64,000 nucleotides of DNA, taken from NCBI GenBank assembly GCA_964016885.1, contig OZ024751.1:25048001-25112000 (forward strand), read 5' to 3'. How positions within the stretch are numbered: position 1 is the first letter of the stretch; each line of letters starts with the position of its first letter. Shown here piece after piece: positions 41,966 to 55,391 of this stretch. The notes beneath the pieces were generated by a model. It was not told the origin of the DNA. It saw only the letters and a list, made by a program, of their open reading frames with translations, and searched no databases. The translations under genes were made by a program, and so were the position numbers. The stretch comes from Eledone cirrhosa (Eukaryota).

Positions 41966-43019
41966 TATATATCTATATTCAAAACAACGAACAGCGGAGG
42001 ACGCGTTTCGCACCTTTCCGACAGACAACCTTTCCCCCACCCCGGAAAAAAACCCCATTTGATGGATGTGAATCCGAAATATATAGGGACAATTAAATCT
42101 CTCCCAAGTTAACTCTCTCTCGTGTTGTCATTTTTATTTTATCCTTTATGCTCTTTCCTTCGTTCCTCTACACGTCTTATACACGCCAAGCATCTCAACG
42201 TACACCCACTTACATCTCTCTCTCCACCACCGGATCTTGTTACCCGGAGATTTACTCATTTGCATTGTCGAGGCTTCCAAACGACTTAAATTAAAGAAAT
42301 TTACCATATTATTCCACAATGCTTCAAGCAAACTTCAATACTCTCATATATATATATATATATATATGCCTTTTTCCTCTCTTGTATTCTGAATTTCTAT
42401 TTCCTTTTCTTCGCCAACTTATTCCCGTAGTTGTGGTGGGAGGAGAGTCCCCAGACACGCTTTCTAAATGGTGATATCTGAAGCAACAGTCTTCAAATGG
42501 TCAACCTGACCTCATAGATGTTATTCAACCCTCTTGCACGTGGTCAATCTCTGGTTGGCTTTCTACCCCAAATCTTTCCAGCGATTCTTTCCTTAGACAT
42601 CTTATAACATGTATTTTGTATTTTATGAAATTACGTTCATGTAGGGAATTTCTCTTTTTATTTTATAGGGTGACCCACTTGAGGAGGGAACCCCGTGAGG
42701 TCGGGTGGTTGTTGTAGCAGTTGTCTCTGGCCATTCTCCACAGTAATGCTTTGCCCTTTTTTCCGCTGGAAGCGGCTATAGTGCCGCTCAGACTGGAATG
42801 TAGTGTGTCCCTCACCTCTTTCGTTGTTTCATCCTTCCTTCTTTTTCTCCTTTTCATTTTCTTTTTTTCTTCTTCCATTTTTGTTTTCTTTAGTAGTGTC
42901 TTTATTTTTTATTAGACGCTGCTTAATTATTTTTTTTTATCAAGGGCGTGGTTATATTAGTTGTATGAGTTATATTTCTGGATGGTGGTTATCTTATTGG
43001 ATTCCTGCTATAATGTAAT

Positions 43020-43245
43020 ATTGGCAGTATTGGTAGAGCGTCAGACAACATTTTTCCTGGTATATTGTTTTTCATATTCTGAGTTGCATAACTTTGTTCT
43101 GAGGTCAAATCCCGCCGAAGTTAGCTTCGCCTTTCATCCCCACGAGGTCGAGAAGTACTAGTAACGCACTGGTGTCGATTTAATCGATTTTCCCTTCCTC
43201 TTCTCTCAAATTTATTGACTTTGTGCCTAAATCAGAAACCAATTT
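43020..43245 (+). mobile_element. SINE, older long subtype
   Basis: Family match with more substitutions. Confidence 0.75.
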
Positions 43246-43391
43246 GTTTTTAATTTCTACACTGAAATATATATTCAACACACTCACACACTCACACACA
43301 CACACACACACACACATGCTTACTAACGTGCATTCATACATCTACAGGCATATATATATATATATATATATAAATATATTCACCGTCACTC

Positions 43392-43766
43392 ATAATCGTT
43401 GCTGATTTAATCACAAGGCCAGCAATTTTGAGGGAGGGGGAAGTTGATTAAATCGACCCCAGTGCATTTCTGGTACTTCATTTTGTCGACCCCGTAAGGA
43501 AGAAAGGCAAACTTAACCTAGGCGGGATTTGAACTCAGATCGTAAAGGGTCATAACTCTATGCTGTAAAGCATGGTGTTTAACGCTCTACAGATATTGTC
43601 AATCCACTGCCCTAACACCGTCATTCATAATTGTTTCTAGTTTTGGCACAAGGCCAGCAATAACCCAGTGTATTACTGGTACTTTATTTTATCAACCCCG
43701 TAAGGATGAAAGGCAAAGTTAACCTCGGCGGGATTTGAACTCAGAATGGCAAGGGCCGTAACTCTA
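43392..43766 (-). mobile_element. Two tandem SINEs at one target site
   Basis: 19 bp TSD taacaccgtcattcataat at 43613-43631 and 43767-43785; third copy caccgtcactcataat at 43381. Confidence 0.9.
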
Positions 43767-44612
43767 TAACACCGTCATTCATAATACAATCTTTCCCATT
43801 CCCATTCACATATAAACGTTTATATACTTCACTTCAGATGAATATATACGACATGAGTTCCCTATACTACATGTAAATATTTCTGGCATTACCTGTATAA
43901 ATCAGACTTCCATTAATAATTTGATTTGTAATAATGTGTGGTTTACCATTGAATGTTGTCACACACGGAATTGTTTCCTTTCTTGTCACTGATTTATTAG
44001 AGAGAAACTAAGACTGTGTTGATTCCAGGAGGCCCTCATTAGAGTCGGAATGACTGTCTGGTTATGAAGCTTGCTTAACATCTATATTGTTTTGAGTTCG
44101 ATTCTCGCACCTATCAAATTGGGTAACTACCTTCTACCGTAGCGTTACATATGTGAGTTAAATTTGGTTGTTGGAAATGACAAAGAAGTTTTAGGAGGTC
44201 ATGATTTTTGTCGATAAAATAAAGTACCAGTAATGAACTGAGTAATTGCTGGCCTTGTGCCTAAAGTAGAAACAATTAGTTTTTCTTAAGTCCTGGGCTT
44301 CGGTTGCCTTTAGCAGAGTTTAGCCCATTGCAAGCATTCAGGGCTGATCACCCTTCTGGCCTACTCTCTATACTTCCACCAGTTTCGGAAGCTCTGCATA
44401 AAACCATGGGCATTGACCTTTGCGCCCGACACTAAATGGTAACATAAAATGAACCCTATTTGTTTGGTGTTTGCAGTGGTCCACACGATTTGCTATCCGA
44501 CCGTGTGAAAAGCTGTGATAAGGCAGGCAGGGCTGACATATGAAATGCAGTGGCGGGTGGGGTGATGTATTTGCGTCAGTGAGGTGCGAGGCATGACACA
44601 TTCACACACACA

Positions 44613-44689
<77 letters not shown>

Positions 44690-45072
44690 TCACACATCCA
44701 ACTACACGATGGGTGAAAATAACGTGTCGGTGGCAGTGTGGTGAGGTGTAGGGCACACTCAAACATACATAGGCACACGTACATCCTTTCGCACACAGAT
44801 ATACATATTAATACACACTCATACAGGCACATAATGACACAGTGGCAGTTAAAAGACCGCGGTCTCTCTCTGTCATCCACTGAAAACCCATGAAAACATC
44901 TATTAAGTTCTCAATGTGAGCAAGTTTGTAAAAAAAAACAAATAGAAATTGGTTGAGTAATATTTGAGTCGCAGTCTGTATTTAATCTGTCTAGTGTGAG
45001 GCGGGGTGGTTTGCAGACGGAAGGTGCAGAATTTCGTCGTGTATATTATATATACATTATAAATTAAATGAA

Positions 45073-45257
45073 GGGCGGTGGATTGGCAGTATCGGTAGAG
45101 GGTCGGACGCCATGCTTTCCAGCATAGTTACGTCCCTTTACGATCTGAGTTCAAATCTCGCCGAGGTTGACTTTGCCTTTCATCCTTACGGGGTCGATAA
45201 AATAAAGTACCAGTAATGCACTGGGTAATTGCTGGCCTTGTGCCTAAAGTAGAAACA
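45073..45257 (+). mobile_element. Full-length tRNA-derived SINE, short subtype
   Basis: ggcggtggattggcagtatcgg head, gagttcaaatc B box, TSD attataaattaaatg (45056, 45258). Confidence 0.9.
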
Positions 45258-46170
45258 ATTATAAATTAAATGGCAAACTGGCGAATACCTTCCTAAATAC
45301 TCCGAGTTTCCCGACGTAAAATTGATTTTTCTTCGTTCGTCACTGCCGGAATGTCACTGCCGGTGATACACAATCAGGCAGAAATATATATATGAATCGC
45401 TCCAATAACAGCAACAAATGTGTATCTTGGATTGCATAAGGGTAGCCATGGAAATATTTATAATGAATAAACGCTTTATGTAATCAAATCATCTTTCTTA
45501 GTGTTGTTCTTAAATTAAAATTAAAAGACCACAATTTCTAGCTGATGACTATTTTGAAAAAAAAACAACAAAAACGAAAAAAAAACAAAACAAAAGCAAA
45601 ACATGGATGAGCAGAATTGATCGAGTGTAAACATATATTTAGTCTGTTTAGATACATTTTTTCTAGCTATAGCTAAGTAGCTGAGTGATTAGTTGGATAT
45701 TAAAAGACAATTAATTCTTCTGATATTAACTGTGACAAATAAAATATTCGCAGACATTGTTCGGATTAGTTTTATTTAGAAAAAACTTATAGCTTATGGA
45801 GACATCGTTGTCTCATATATAAGCTACGATGTTTCACAATTAATCCCTCCAAAGAGAAAGAATGTTAAAAAATACCCATGTCTCTTCACTGAACTACCTT
45901 CTCTTGGAGATACTACTTACAGCTAGGGTGATCAATCACCAGATAAAATAAACTAAATAAGAACTGAATGTAATCAATAGCTTGATACCTGTCAGTGAGA
46001 AGGGTCTACAGATCCTCTACGGATTAATGATTGACGCTAAAGCCCCACTTTCATTTGACCTATAAAAGAAAATATGCCAAACCGAGGAATAATGAACTTT
46101 GGAGTTGGATAATGTAAAGTCTTTGTTTTTTTGTTTTTAATAGTTCTGAGTGTCTTAGTCTGTATTTATA

Positions 46171-46227
<57 letters not shown>

Positions 46228-46231
<4 letters not shown>

Positions 46232-46634
46232 CGTTTCTGAATTTGTTTAGCAAGATTCTTTATCTGAAAACGTGTGTTGAAACCGATATTGGTATACTTT
46301 GGGAGGGTCATGTTGCCAATAAGAAACACACGCACCAGTTGCTTTCACTTCAATTTATTATAATAAATTTATAAATTTAGGAATTTATAAATTTCCGGTT
46401 GGTTGGTTCCACAACCAGATGATTGTTTATATATTGTCAAAGTTCTTTCGTCACACATTCTGACAATATATAAACTTTGACAATATATAAACAATCATCT
46501 GGTTGTGGAACCAACCAACCAACCGGAAATTTGTAAATACCTAAATTTATAAATTTATTATAATAAATTGAAGTGAAAGCAACTGGTGCGTGTGTTTCTT
46601 ATTGGCAACATGACCCCCCCAAAGTATAACAATA
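46228..46634 (-). mobile_element. Family G fold-back element
   Basis: ~160 bp inverted arms; related to 51365-51690; fragments at 1305, 12705, 12990, 54213. Confidence 0.85.
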
Positions 46635-46770
46635 TATATATATATATATATATAGTGAAAAATGGAACGGGAACGAAACAGAGAGGCAGTACGAACTCAG
46701 GTTTATTAGTTTCACGCTCTTGAGAGTGGGGTGGGGAGTGGGGAACGACGTTTCGGGCATAAGCCCTTCT
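46635..46770 (-). mobile_element. Family O element starting with a 5'-truncated classic Penelope hammerhead
   Basis: AGA-a-gggcttatgccc-GAAA-cg-TC at 46747-46770; the body also occurs at 21014-21094. Confidence 0.7.
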
Positions 46771-46961
46771 ATATATATATGTAATAAACAACATAAGATA
46801 ATTATGTTGTTTATTACATAACTAAAAAGCTCTGTAGACTACATAGAGCACTCTCTATTTCAATAATGATTACTCCGGAAATACTTCATTTATATGTTTG
46901 TCTGCCTGACTCTCTATATCTGTACATAACTACCTACTCCCCTCTCAGTCTGTCTGTTTGT

Positions 46962-47057
<96 letters not shown>

Positions 47058-47084
47058 ATATCTATCTATCTGCCCCACTGTCTC

Positions 47085-47189
<105 letters not shown>

Positions 47190-47658
47190 GTATCTATACG
47201 CCCATCTCTGTCTGTGTCAGTATGCATCTCTCGCTATCTCTACCTACCTACCTACCTACCTACCTACCTACCTACCTACCTACCTACCTACCTACCTACC
47301 TACCTACCTACCTACCTACCTACCTACCTACCTACCTACCTACCTACCTACCTATCTACCCGATAGATGTATTTATTTTGGAGAACAACAACAATTACAA
47401 CAAATGTAAAATCCCAACAACACTAGATGCTGTATAACATTTTCAATAACGATGAAAGAAAATATGGGAGAATACAATTGTAATTGATTTCAATGAAGGT
47501 AATATGATGAATTGGCAATGGCCGTAGTAAGAAGAGGGAGATGATAGACAATCGGGGCTTCAAGTATCTCTACATAGGATGTTGTAATCGATGTAATCAA
47601 GGAATTATTAAATTAAATACATTTCACATTAAACCCCGTCATTCTTGACAGGCACTTT

Positions 47659-47737
<79 letters not shown>

Positions 47738-47750
47738 TTTTAATATAGAT

Positions 47751-47803
47751 GAGATTCTACAGGACTAGAACTGTTTCATTCATTAGAAATCATCAGGAAT
47801 CTC
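47751..47803 (-). ncRNA. Type I hammerhead motif, family A
   Basis: gagattc-CTGATGA-tttctaatgaat-GAAA-cagttctagtcctg-TA-gaatctc; 7 bp stem I. Confidence 0.85.
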
Positions 47804-47804
47804 A

Positions 47805-47855
47805 GGATTCCTGATGATTTCTAATGAATGAAACAGTTCTAGTCCTGTAGAATCT
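47805..47855 (+). ncRNA. Type I hammerhead motif, family A
   Basis: ggattc-CTGATGA(47811)...GAAA(47830)...TA(47848)-gaatct. Confidence 0.85.
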
Positions 47856-47937
47856 CATCTATATTAAAACTTTTATACTCTGCTATGTATTGAGTACCTT
47901 ACTTACTGTGGTTACCTCCGATTCAACCCGGAATAAC

Positions 47938-48001
<64 letters not shown>

Positions 48002-48127
48002 ATATATATACACATACATACACATTTTATATATATATATATATATATGTATATAAGTTAAAACAATGAAATAAAAAATCAAGTCATTAGAGATATACTT
48101 CACTGGTTGGATATCTTCAGTGGATAC

Positions 48128-48190
<63 letters not shown>

Positions 48191-48375
48191 CATACACATA
48201 CATTATATATATATATAGATATATAACGAAGGAGTTATGGTAAGGTACCAGATGGACCATAACGCGCTATTTCTGGACTATAACGGCTATTTCTGGACTA
48301 GTCCATAAATAGCCGTCGAAACGGCTTGAGCTCTGCCGTCGTGGTTAAACATTTTCCTATATATATATAAATATA

Positions 48376-48822
48376 TAATATATAAGAACAAAAGATGGTT
48401 AAAAGAGTTCCATGTATTTTATTATGCGCATTTCAAAAACAAATATAATCATGCAATAATATTTGTGTTTTCATCAGATAAAACAGGAAGACATGATATG
48501 AAGGTTAAAAAACACTTGTGGATAGTGCAGTTTTAAATCAACATATTGCACTTGTGGATAGTGCAGTTTTAAATCAACATACTGCACTATCCACAAGTGT
48601 TTTTTAACCTTCATAGCATGTCTTCATGTTTTATCTGATGAAAACACAAATATTATTGCATGATTATATTTGTTTTTGAAATGCGCATAATAAAATACAT
48701 GGAACTCTTTTAACCATCTTTTGTTCTTATATATTATGTATACTCCAGTCCTACAAACTGTAGAGTGCTTCTTATCCGATATCTGCATTGCTTTATTGTA
48801 CTACAATAAAACTCACCTCCTA
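48376..48822 (+). mobile_element. Family C fold-back element with hammerheads at 48417-48483 (-) and 48629-48695 (+)
   Basis: ttttat-CTGATGA-aaacacaaatat..atatttgttttt-GAA-ATGCGCAT-A-ataaaa; internal 30 bp duplication at the fold centre. Confidence 0.9.
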
Positions 48823-48852
48823 CATATATAAATATATATATATATATATTTA

Positions 48853-48939
<87 letters not shown>

Positions 48940-49309
48940 ATATACATTTGTGTGCCTGTGTGTATGCCTGTTTGCATATCCATGTTTATGTTGTCTCAGT
49001 TATATAGGGCGTTTCTTTGGTGTTTGTGTCAAGTCCCAAGCAGCAATGTAATAAATAACCGAACCTAAATCCGTGTTATATCCTGTTAACACTGTAGCTT
49101 CTCACTCTCTTACAGAATATTAGGTCCTCCTGTTTGAGGAGTGGGGAGGAGGCAACCAAGAGTCAACAAAATAAATTTAATCTCAATGTCCTCATATTTC
49201 CTGTTCTATGACATTTCTTTTCATAGAAAATTCACGGAACTACACTCGTACCTTTTTTTATATTATTTGTATATCCTTGGTTATGTCAAAATTTATAAAA
49301 CACACTTCG

Positions 49310-49370
49310 TATTTTATCTGATGAGAGCGCACCAAAATTTTGGTACCCTTGAAATATATATAACAGAATA
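49310..49370 (+). ncRNA. Type I hammerhead motif, family B (element ~49180-49508)
   Basis: tattttat-CTGATGA-gagcgcaccaaaattttggtaccctt-GAA-ATATATAT-A-acagaata. Confidence 0.8.
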
Positions 49371-49506
49371 AATATGGTTTTATAAATATAGTTTCTATTT
49401 ATTTAATATCATTGTATATTATACTCCAGAAATTCTGTAGAATGCTCTGAATCAATTATAAACATTTATATTTGATCAATTACCAACAAATTGAATATCC
49501 GTTCTG

Positions 49507-49684
<178 letters not shown>

Positions 49685-49687
49685 TAA

Positions 49688-49730
<43 letters not shown>

Positions 49731-49749
49731 CATACATATATTTATATAT

Positions 49750-49800
<51 letters not shown>

Positions 49801-49856
49801 CATACATATATATATATCACTTCTACCTAAATCGTCCCATGGACTGAGTGTTCTAC

Positions 49857-49980
<124 letters not shown>

Positions 49981-50120
49981 GTAGAACACTGGAAGGTAAT
50001 ATCCGTAGTGGTAGAGCACTCAGTCCATGGGACGATTTAGGTAGAAATGGGGATTCGCTAAGGTGAAACAATTGTTCTCGGTATGGTGAACTAACTGTTG
50101 CATAACCACCTCAATATATA

Positions 50121-50159
<39 letters not shown>

Positions 50160-50164
<5 letters not shown>

Positions 50165-50381
50165 AGAAAAAAAGATAATCAATGTTGCGACGAATGGAAT
50201 TTATTGGACATATTACAATCGTCTCTTAGTCACCAGAGAAACGATTGTTATTTGTCCAATAAATTCCATTCGTCGCAACACTGATTCTCTTTTTTTCTGT
50301 GATATCATACTCTGCTCTATGAGAGCATCGAGTGCTCAATGACCTACTGCACACGGACATTTTAAGTATCCATCACCAATT
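50160..50381 (+). mobile_element. Family J fold-back element, only the hammerhead 3' half retained
   Basis: ~65 bp arms; GAA-ACGATTGT-T near 50238; tail tactctgc...gagtgc. Confidence 0.7.
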
Positions 50382-50517
50382 ATATATATATATATATATA
50401 GTACGTTATTCCGGGTTGAATCGGAGGTAACCACAGTAAGTAAGGTACTCAATACATTGCAGAGTATAAAAGTTTTAATATAGATGAGATTCTACAGGAC
50501 TAGAACTGTTTCATTCA

Positions 50518-50570
50518 GAGATTCCTGATGATTTCTAAAGAATGAAACAGTTCTAGTCCTGTAGAATCTC
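50518..50570 (+). ncRNA. Type I hammerhead motif, family A (fold-back 50401-50585)
   Basis: gagattc-CTGATGA-tttctaaagaat-GAAA-cagttctagtcctg-TA-gaatctc. Confidence 0.85.
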
Positions 50571-50581
50571 ATCTATATTAA

Positions 50582-50650
<69 letters not shown>

Positions 50651-50654
<4 letters not shown>

Positions 50655-51075
50655 GATATTAAATAAATGGAAACTATATTTATAAAACCATATTTATTCT
50701 ATTATATATATTTCAAGAGTACCAACATTTTGGTACGCTCTCATCAGATAAAATACAAAGTTGTTTTATAAACATTGACATAACCAGGAAGAAGATCTTA
50801 ACGGTTCAAGTTTTTCCTGGATAGGAAAAACGTTAAGATCTTCCTGGTTATGTCAATGTTTATAAAACAAACTTTGTATTTTATCTGATGAGAGCGTACC
50901 AAAATGTTGGTACTCTTGAAATATATATAATAGAATAAATATGGGTTTATAAATATAGTTTCCATTTATTCAATATCATTGACTATTATACTCCAGAAAA
51001 CTTGTCGAGTGCTTTGAATGAGTTATAAACATTTATATTTGTTGAATTACCAACAAATTAAATATCGCTTTTGCT

Positions 51076-51076
<1 letters not shown>
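50651..51076 (+). mobile_element. Family B fold-back element with hammerheads at 50695-50755 (-) and 50877-50937 (+)
   Basis: tattttat-CTGATGA-gagcgtaccaa-aatg-ttggtactctt-GAA-ATATATAT-A-atagaata; ~140 bp arms. Confidence 0.9.
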
Positions 51077-51131
<55 letters not shown>

Positions 51132-51182
51132 AACATATGATGGATGCAAACACTGCTAAGAGTTTTCCTCTCTCTCTATATA

Positions 51183-51280
<98 letters not shown>

Positions 51281-51293
51281 TATACATATATTT

Positions 51294-51365
<72 letters not shown>

Positions 51366-51418
51366 GATGGCGTAGAACAGAACAAAGGGGAGGCACAAAA
51401 CAAAGAAAAGAATCCCCA

Positions 51419-51461
51419 GTTACTGAAGAGGTCACAGAATGTGTGGCGAAAGAACTTTGAC
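51419..51461 (+). ncRNA. Minimal hammerhead motif, family G (element 51365-51690)
   Basis: gtta-CTGAAGA-g-gtcaca-gaatg-tgtggc-GAA-AGAACT-T-tgac. Confidence 0.65.
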
Positions 51462-51722
51462 AATATATGAATAACCGTCCGGTTGTGGAACCAACCAACC
51501 AACCGGAAATTTATAAATTTTTTTTTTTTTTTAAATTAAAAAAAAATTTTTTAATTTATAATAAAATGGAGTGAAAGCATCTGGTGAGTGTGTTTCTTAT
51601 TGGCAACATGACCCTCCCAAAGTATAACAATATCGGTTTCAACACACGTTTTCAGATAAAGAATCTTGCTAAACAAATTCAGAAACGAAATATATATATA
51701 TAAATAAATATATACATATATT

Positions 51723-51764
<42 letters not shown>

Positions 51765-52974
51765 CATGTGTGTGTGTGCGTATTTATGTTTAAGCTATTC
51801 CTTTTGAGACATTTTAACACCGTCATGAGTCATCATTATAAATTTCTCACCTCGAGACCCTCTTCTCACCACGATACCACCACCCCGCCACCACCATCTA
51901 TGCCACCACCACTAATACTATAACCTTTAACACCAACAAGAGATTAGTAAGTTCGCAGGTTCGACCCCGTTTTGTTAATCCTCGCTTAAGTTTTATCGTG
52001 CAACTCGCGAAAATATTTCGTAATGTCAATTTATCTTTCCCCAAGAAAGTGTTATACGTATAAGCTTTGCTTTTTCTTTTCTTTAAAAAGATACACAAAA
52101 CAAAACAAGAACAAAACAAGACAAGCAAAATATAAACAAACAATAGAAATTAATACTTAAATCTTCAGGTTGGTAGCAGGTTGAGACCTCTCCCTATATT
52201 ACAGACTTTATCGCCTGGGAAAAGATGACCCCTACAGTCTAATATATGAGACATCGGTATTTAAAGATTGATATTTTGGGCGGAGTAAAAGATTAAAAGT
52301 ATATGACTAATTAAGTAGATCCTCGGCAGTGTTTAGTCTTATTTCTTTACTTACAGATTTCAATTCTTGCTGGTGTCGAAGTTGAGTTCATCTTTCAGCC
52401 CTTTAGGACCCATGACCCCTAATTGATTCTATCGATATTTATTTAGACTTGATTAAAATCGATATATCATCAGTTTCCAATCGATGGGCGTTCACTCAAA
52501 TTGTGAAACTGTTGTGAAGAAGTCTTTTCTGTTTGAAATATTTTATAAGATCTGTTATGCAATAAGGTTTAATCCAGTCATGGGCTGCATGCGGCCTATT
52601 TGTCTTCCTGAATGGCACGCCTAATTTCAAAATTGCCTTGAATGCTTTTATTAGTGCGGCCCACCTTATGATGATGCAACCCACTGCTCGAAAAACTTGC
52701 CCATGCATGGGTTAAGCATACACAGCATACACAATAACATGTTATATAACATCTAAAAAATACTTCGGCCGTCACTCGCAATTGAGTAGGACTTGGTAGT
52801 ATATAGTATGCTTCGGCTAAGTGCTTTACGTACCCATGTAGTCACCAGCAGATCTTCTTTGCCCACTTATTACTGAGAGGGTCGTGGGGGAAGAGTCCTG
52901 CCATTCTCCTTCCAGCAGGTCTTGTCAGAAGCAACCATCTCCATTTTATTATTATTATTATTATGCTTTGAAGG

Positions 52975-53110
52975 ATAGAGTTACCTCCCTGTACGATCTG
53001 AGTTCAAATCCCGCAGAGGTTAACTTTGTCTTTCATCCTTCCGGGGTCGATAGAATAAAGTACCAGTAATGCATTGGGTAATTGCAGGCCTTGTGCCAAA
53101 AGTAGAAACA

Positions 53111-53112
<2 letters not shown>
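52975..53112 (+). mobile_element. SINE, 5'-truncated, ending in (ATT)n
   Basis: Family match. Confidence 0.85.
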
Positions 53113-53146
<34 letters not shown>

Positions 53147-54117
53147 GCATTTATCTTGCTTTATGTTCACACGAGTTATCACCAAGTCTCAACCAGTGAC
53201 CTCAAGAGACAACAAGGTCCGCCATGTTCAAGAAAGAACATACATACTCACACATGCATCTTTAGGTGTTTAGACTTGTGATGTACTTATATTGACAGAA
53301 TCTTCCTTAGTATATGGGCAGTTCCCATTAGTACTATCTTTTGTATTTCTCCTATACGCGGGTTTCCTGGGATTTGCTATAAGTAATCATTAGACCCCTT
53401 AGGTATCATTCCTAGAGCGCCTACAACCACTGGTATTGTTTTAGTTCTCAATTTCCACATTTTTCCAATTTCTATCTCCAGGTCCTTATACTTGCTCAAT
53501 TTTTCAAATGTTTTTATAGATACATTCTTGTCTATTGGAACGGACATATCAATCTTTTTAAAGTCCTTCAGTATTATATCAGGTCTATTTGCATCTATTT
53601 TTCGGCCTGTTTGGATGCTACAGTTCCACAAGATTGAGATGTGATCTTTTTCAAGTATGGGAGGTGGTTGATGCTCCCACCAATTCTTTTGATGGGGCAG
53701 GTCAAAATGCTTACACATTATCCAATGTATGTATTGTGAAGCTCTGTCATGCTTGTTTAGGTATTCGGTTGGAGATATAGGACTGCACATTGAAATTATA
53801 TGATCAATGGTCTCTGGTTGTTTTTTGCATACACGGCATAATGGGTTGCATCCATTTTTATTATGTTGGCTTGGTAATTTTTTGTTGGCAGACACTGATC
53901 TTGTGCTGATATAATCAGTCCTTCAGTCTCCGATTTCAGTCCAGAGGATGCCAACCACTGATGGGTTAAAGTTTTGTCAACATCAGGATTGCTAGCTCGC
54001 TCTGGGTATTTTCCATACAGAGGCTTTTCTTGCCATTTCTTAGCCAGTTCTGTAACAGTTCTTTCTTTGCAGTTACTTTTACCTGCTTTGCTTTTTCTGT
54101 GTTTTTCATTTCAGCAG
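53147..54117 (-). pseudogene. Decayed 5'-truncated Dong/R4-clade retrotransposon abutting (TAA)n
   Basis: CRVCKKQPETIDHIISMC, RPDII, IDMSVP, KLSKYKDL, IPVVVGALG, QKIVLMGTAHILRK; stops and frameshifts; 3' end runs into (TAA)n. Confidence 0.85.
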
Positions 54118-54137
54118 TTGACGAAAGTCGATCGATC

Positions 54138-54218
<81 letters not shown>

Positions 54219-54356
54219 ATACTTTGGGAGGGTCATGTTGCCAATAAGAAACACACGCACCAGTCTTATTGGCAACATGACCCTCCCAAAGTATAACAAT
54301 ATCGGTTTCAACACACGATTTCAGATAAAGAATCTTGCTAAACAAATTCAGAAACG

Positions 54357-54495
<139 letters not shown>

Positions 54496-54496
54496 C

Positions 54497-54552
<56 letters not shown>

Positions 54553-54827
54553 TATATATAAATATATATAAAAGGATCGATCGACTTTCGTCAAATGGGA
54601 CCGAGGGAACAATGTTTCCATTGGTCTTTCCAATGGCTCATACTATCTATCGGCCGCAACTCCAGGTAGAAGGAGCAACGTGAAATAATGTGTCTTCCAG
54701 TACATTACTGGTACTTTATTTTATCGACCCCGTAAGGATGAAAGGCAAAGTTAACCTCGAATAATAATAATAACATTAAGAAAGATGGCGATGTTAGATG
54801 AATCGTTTATTCATTATAATTATTACA

Positions 54828-55014
54828 ACGGTGGATTGACAGTATCGGGAGAGGGTCGGACGCCATGCTTTGACGCATAGAGTTACAACCCTTTTCATTC
54901 TGAGTTCAAATCCCGCCAAGGTTAACTTTGCCTTTCATCCTTACGAGGTCGATAAAATAAAGTACCAGTAATGCACTGGGATAATTGCTGGCCTTGTGCC
55001 AAAAGTAGAAAAAA
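54828..55014 (+). mobile_element. SINE
   Basis: Family match; TSD attataattattacaacggt. Confidence 0.85.
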
Positions 55015-55358
55015 TTATAATTATTACAACGGTTCTCTCATGAAATCAAGATGTAATTCATGCATGTGTTGTTGCTATGAGAACGGTATCCTCAGAAGAA
55101 ATGTGATTTTGTGATGGGTGTGATTGTGTGTTTGCTGAAGGGAAGAAATTGGTAGATGTGTGTGGACGTATGTGTGTCTCAGAGTCTTATGAAGTTGGTG
55201 TGTGTATGTCAGTGAGTTTTTTGCTTTTGTTTGTGTGTGTGTGTGTGAATGTATCCGTGCTGTGTGAATGTGCCCGTGGTGTGTGTGTGTGCGCGTGTGG
55301 CTTATTTCTGTTGCTTCTTTGTATGTGAGTGCATACGAATGTGTTTATGTCTATTATC

Positions 55359-55391
<33 letters not shown>

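Larger units (their letters stand above)
47735..47941 (+). mobile_element. Family A fold-back element, 67 bp perfect arms
   Basis: 47735-47801 / 47806-47872 with 4 nt loop, then 3' tail. Confidence 0.9.

Noticed and set aside
41995-42030. GAAACGCGTC hammerhead 3' half (minus strand)
   Set aside because: No CUGANGA core or helices upstream.
45073-45160. tRNA gene
   Set aside because: The A/B-box head belongs to a multi-copy SINE with TSDs; no complete cloverleaf.
45541-45560. CTGATGA...GAAA
   Set aside because: Followed by an A run; no stems.
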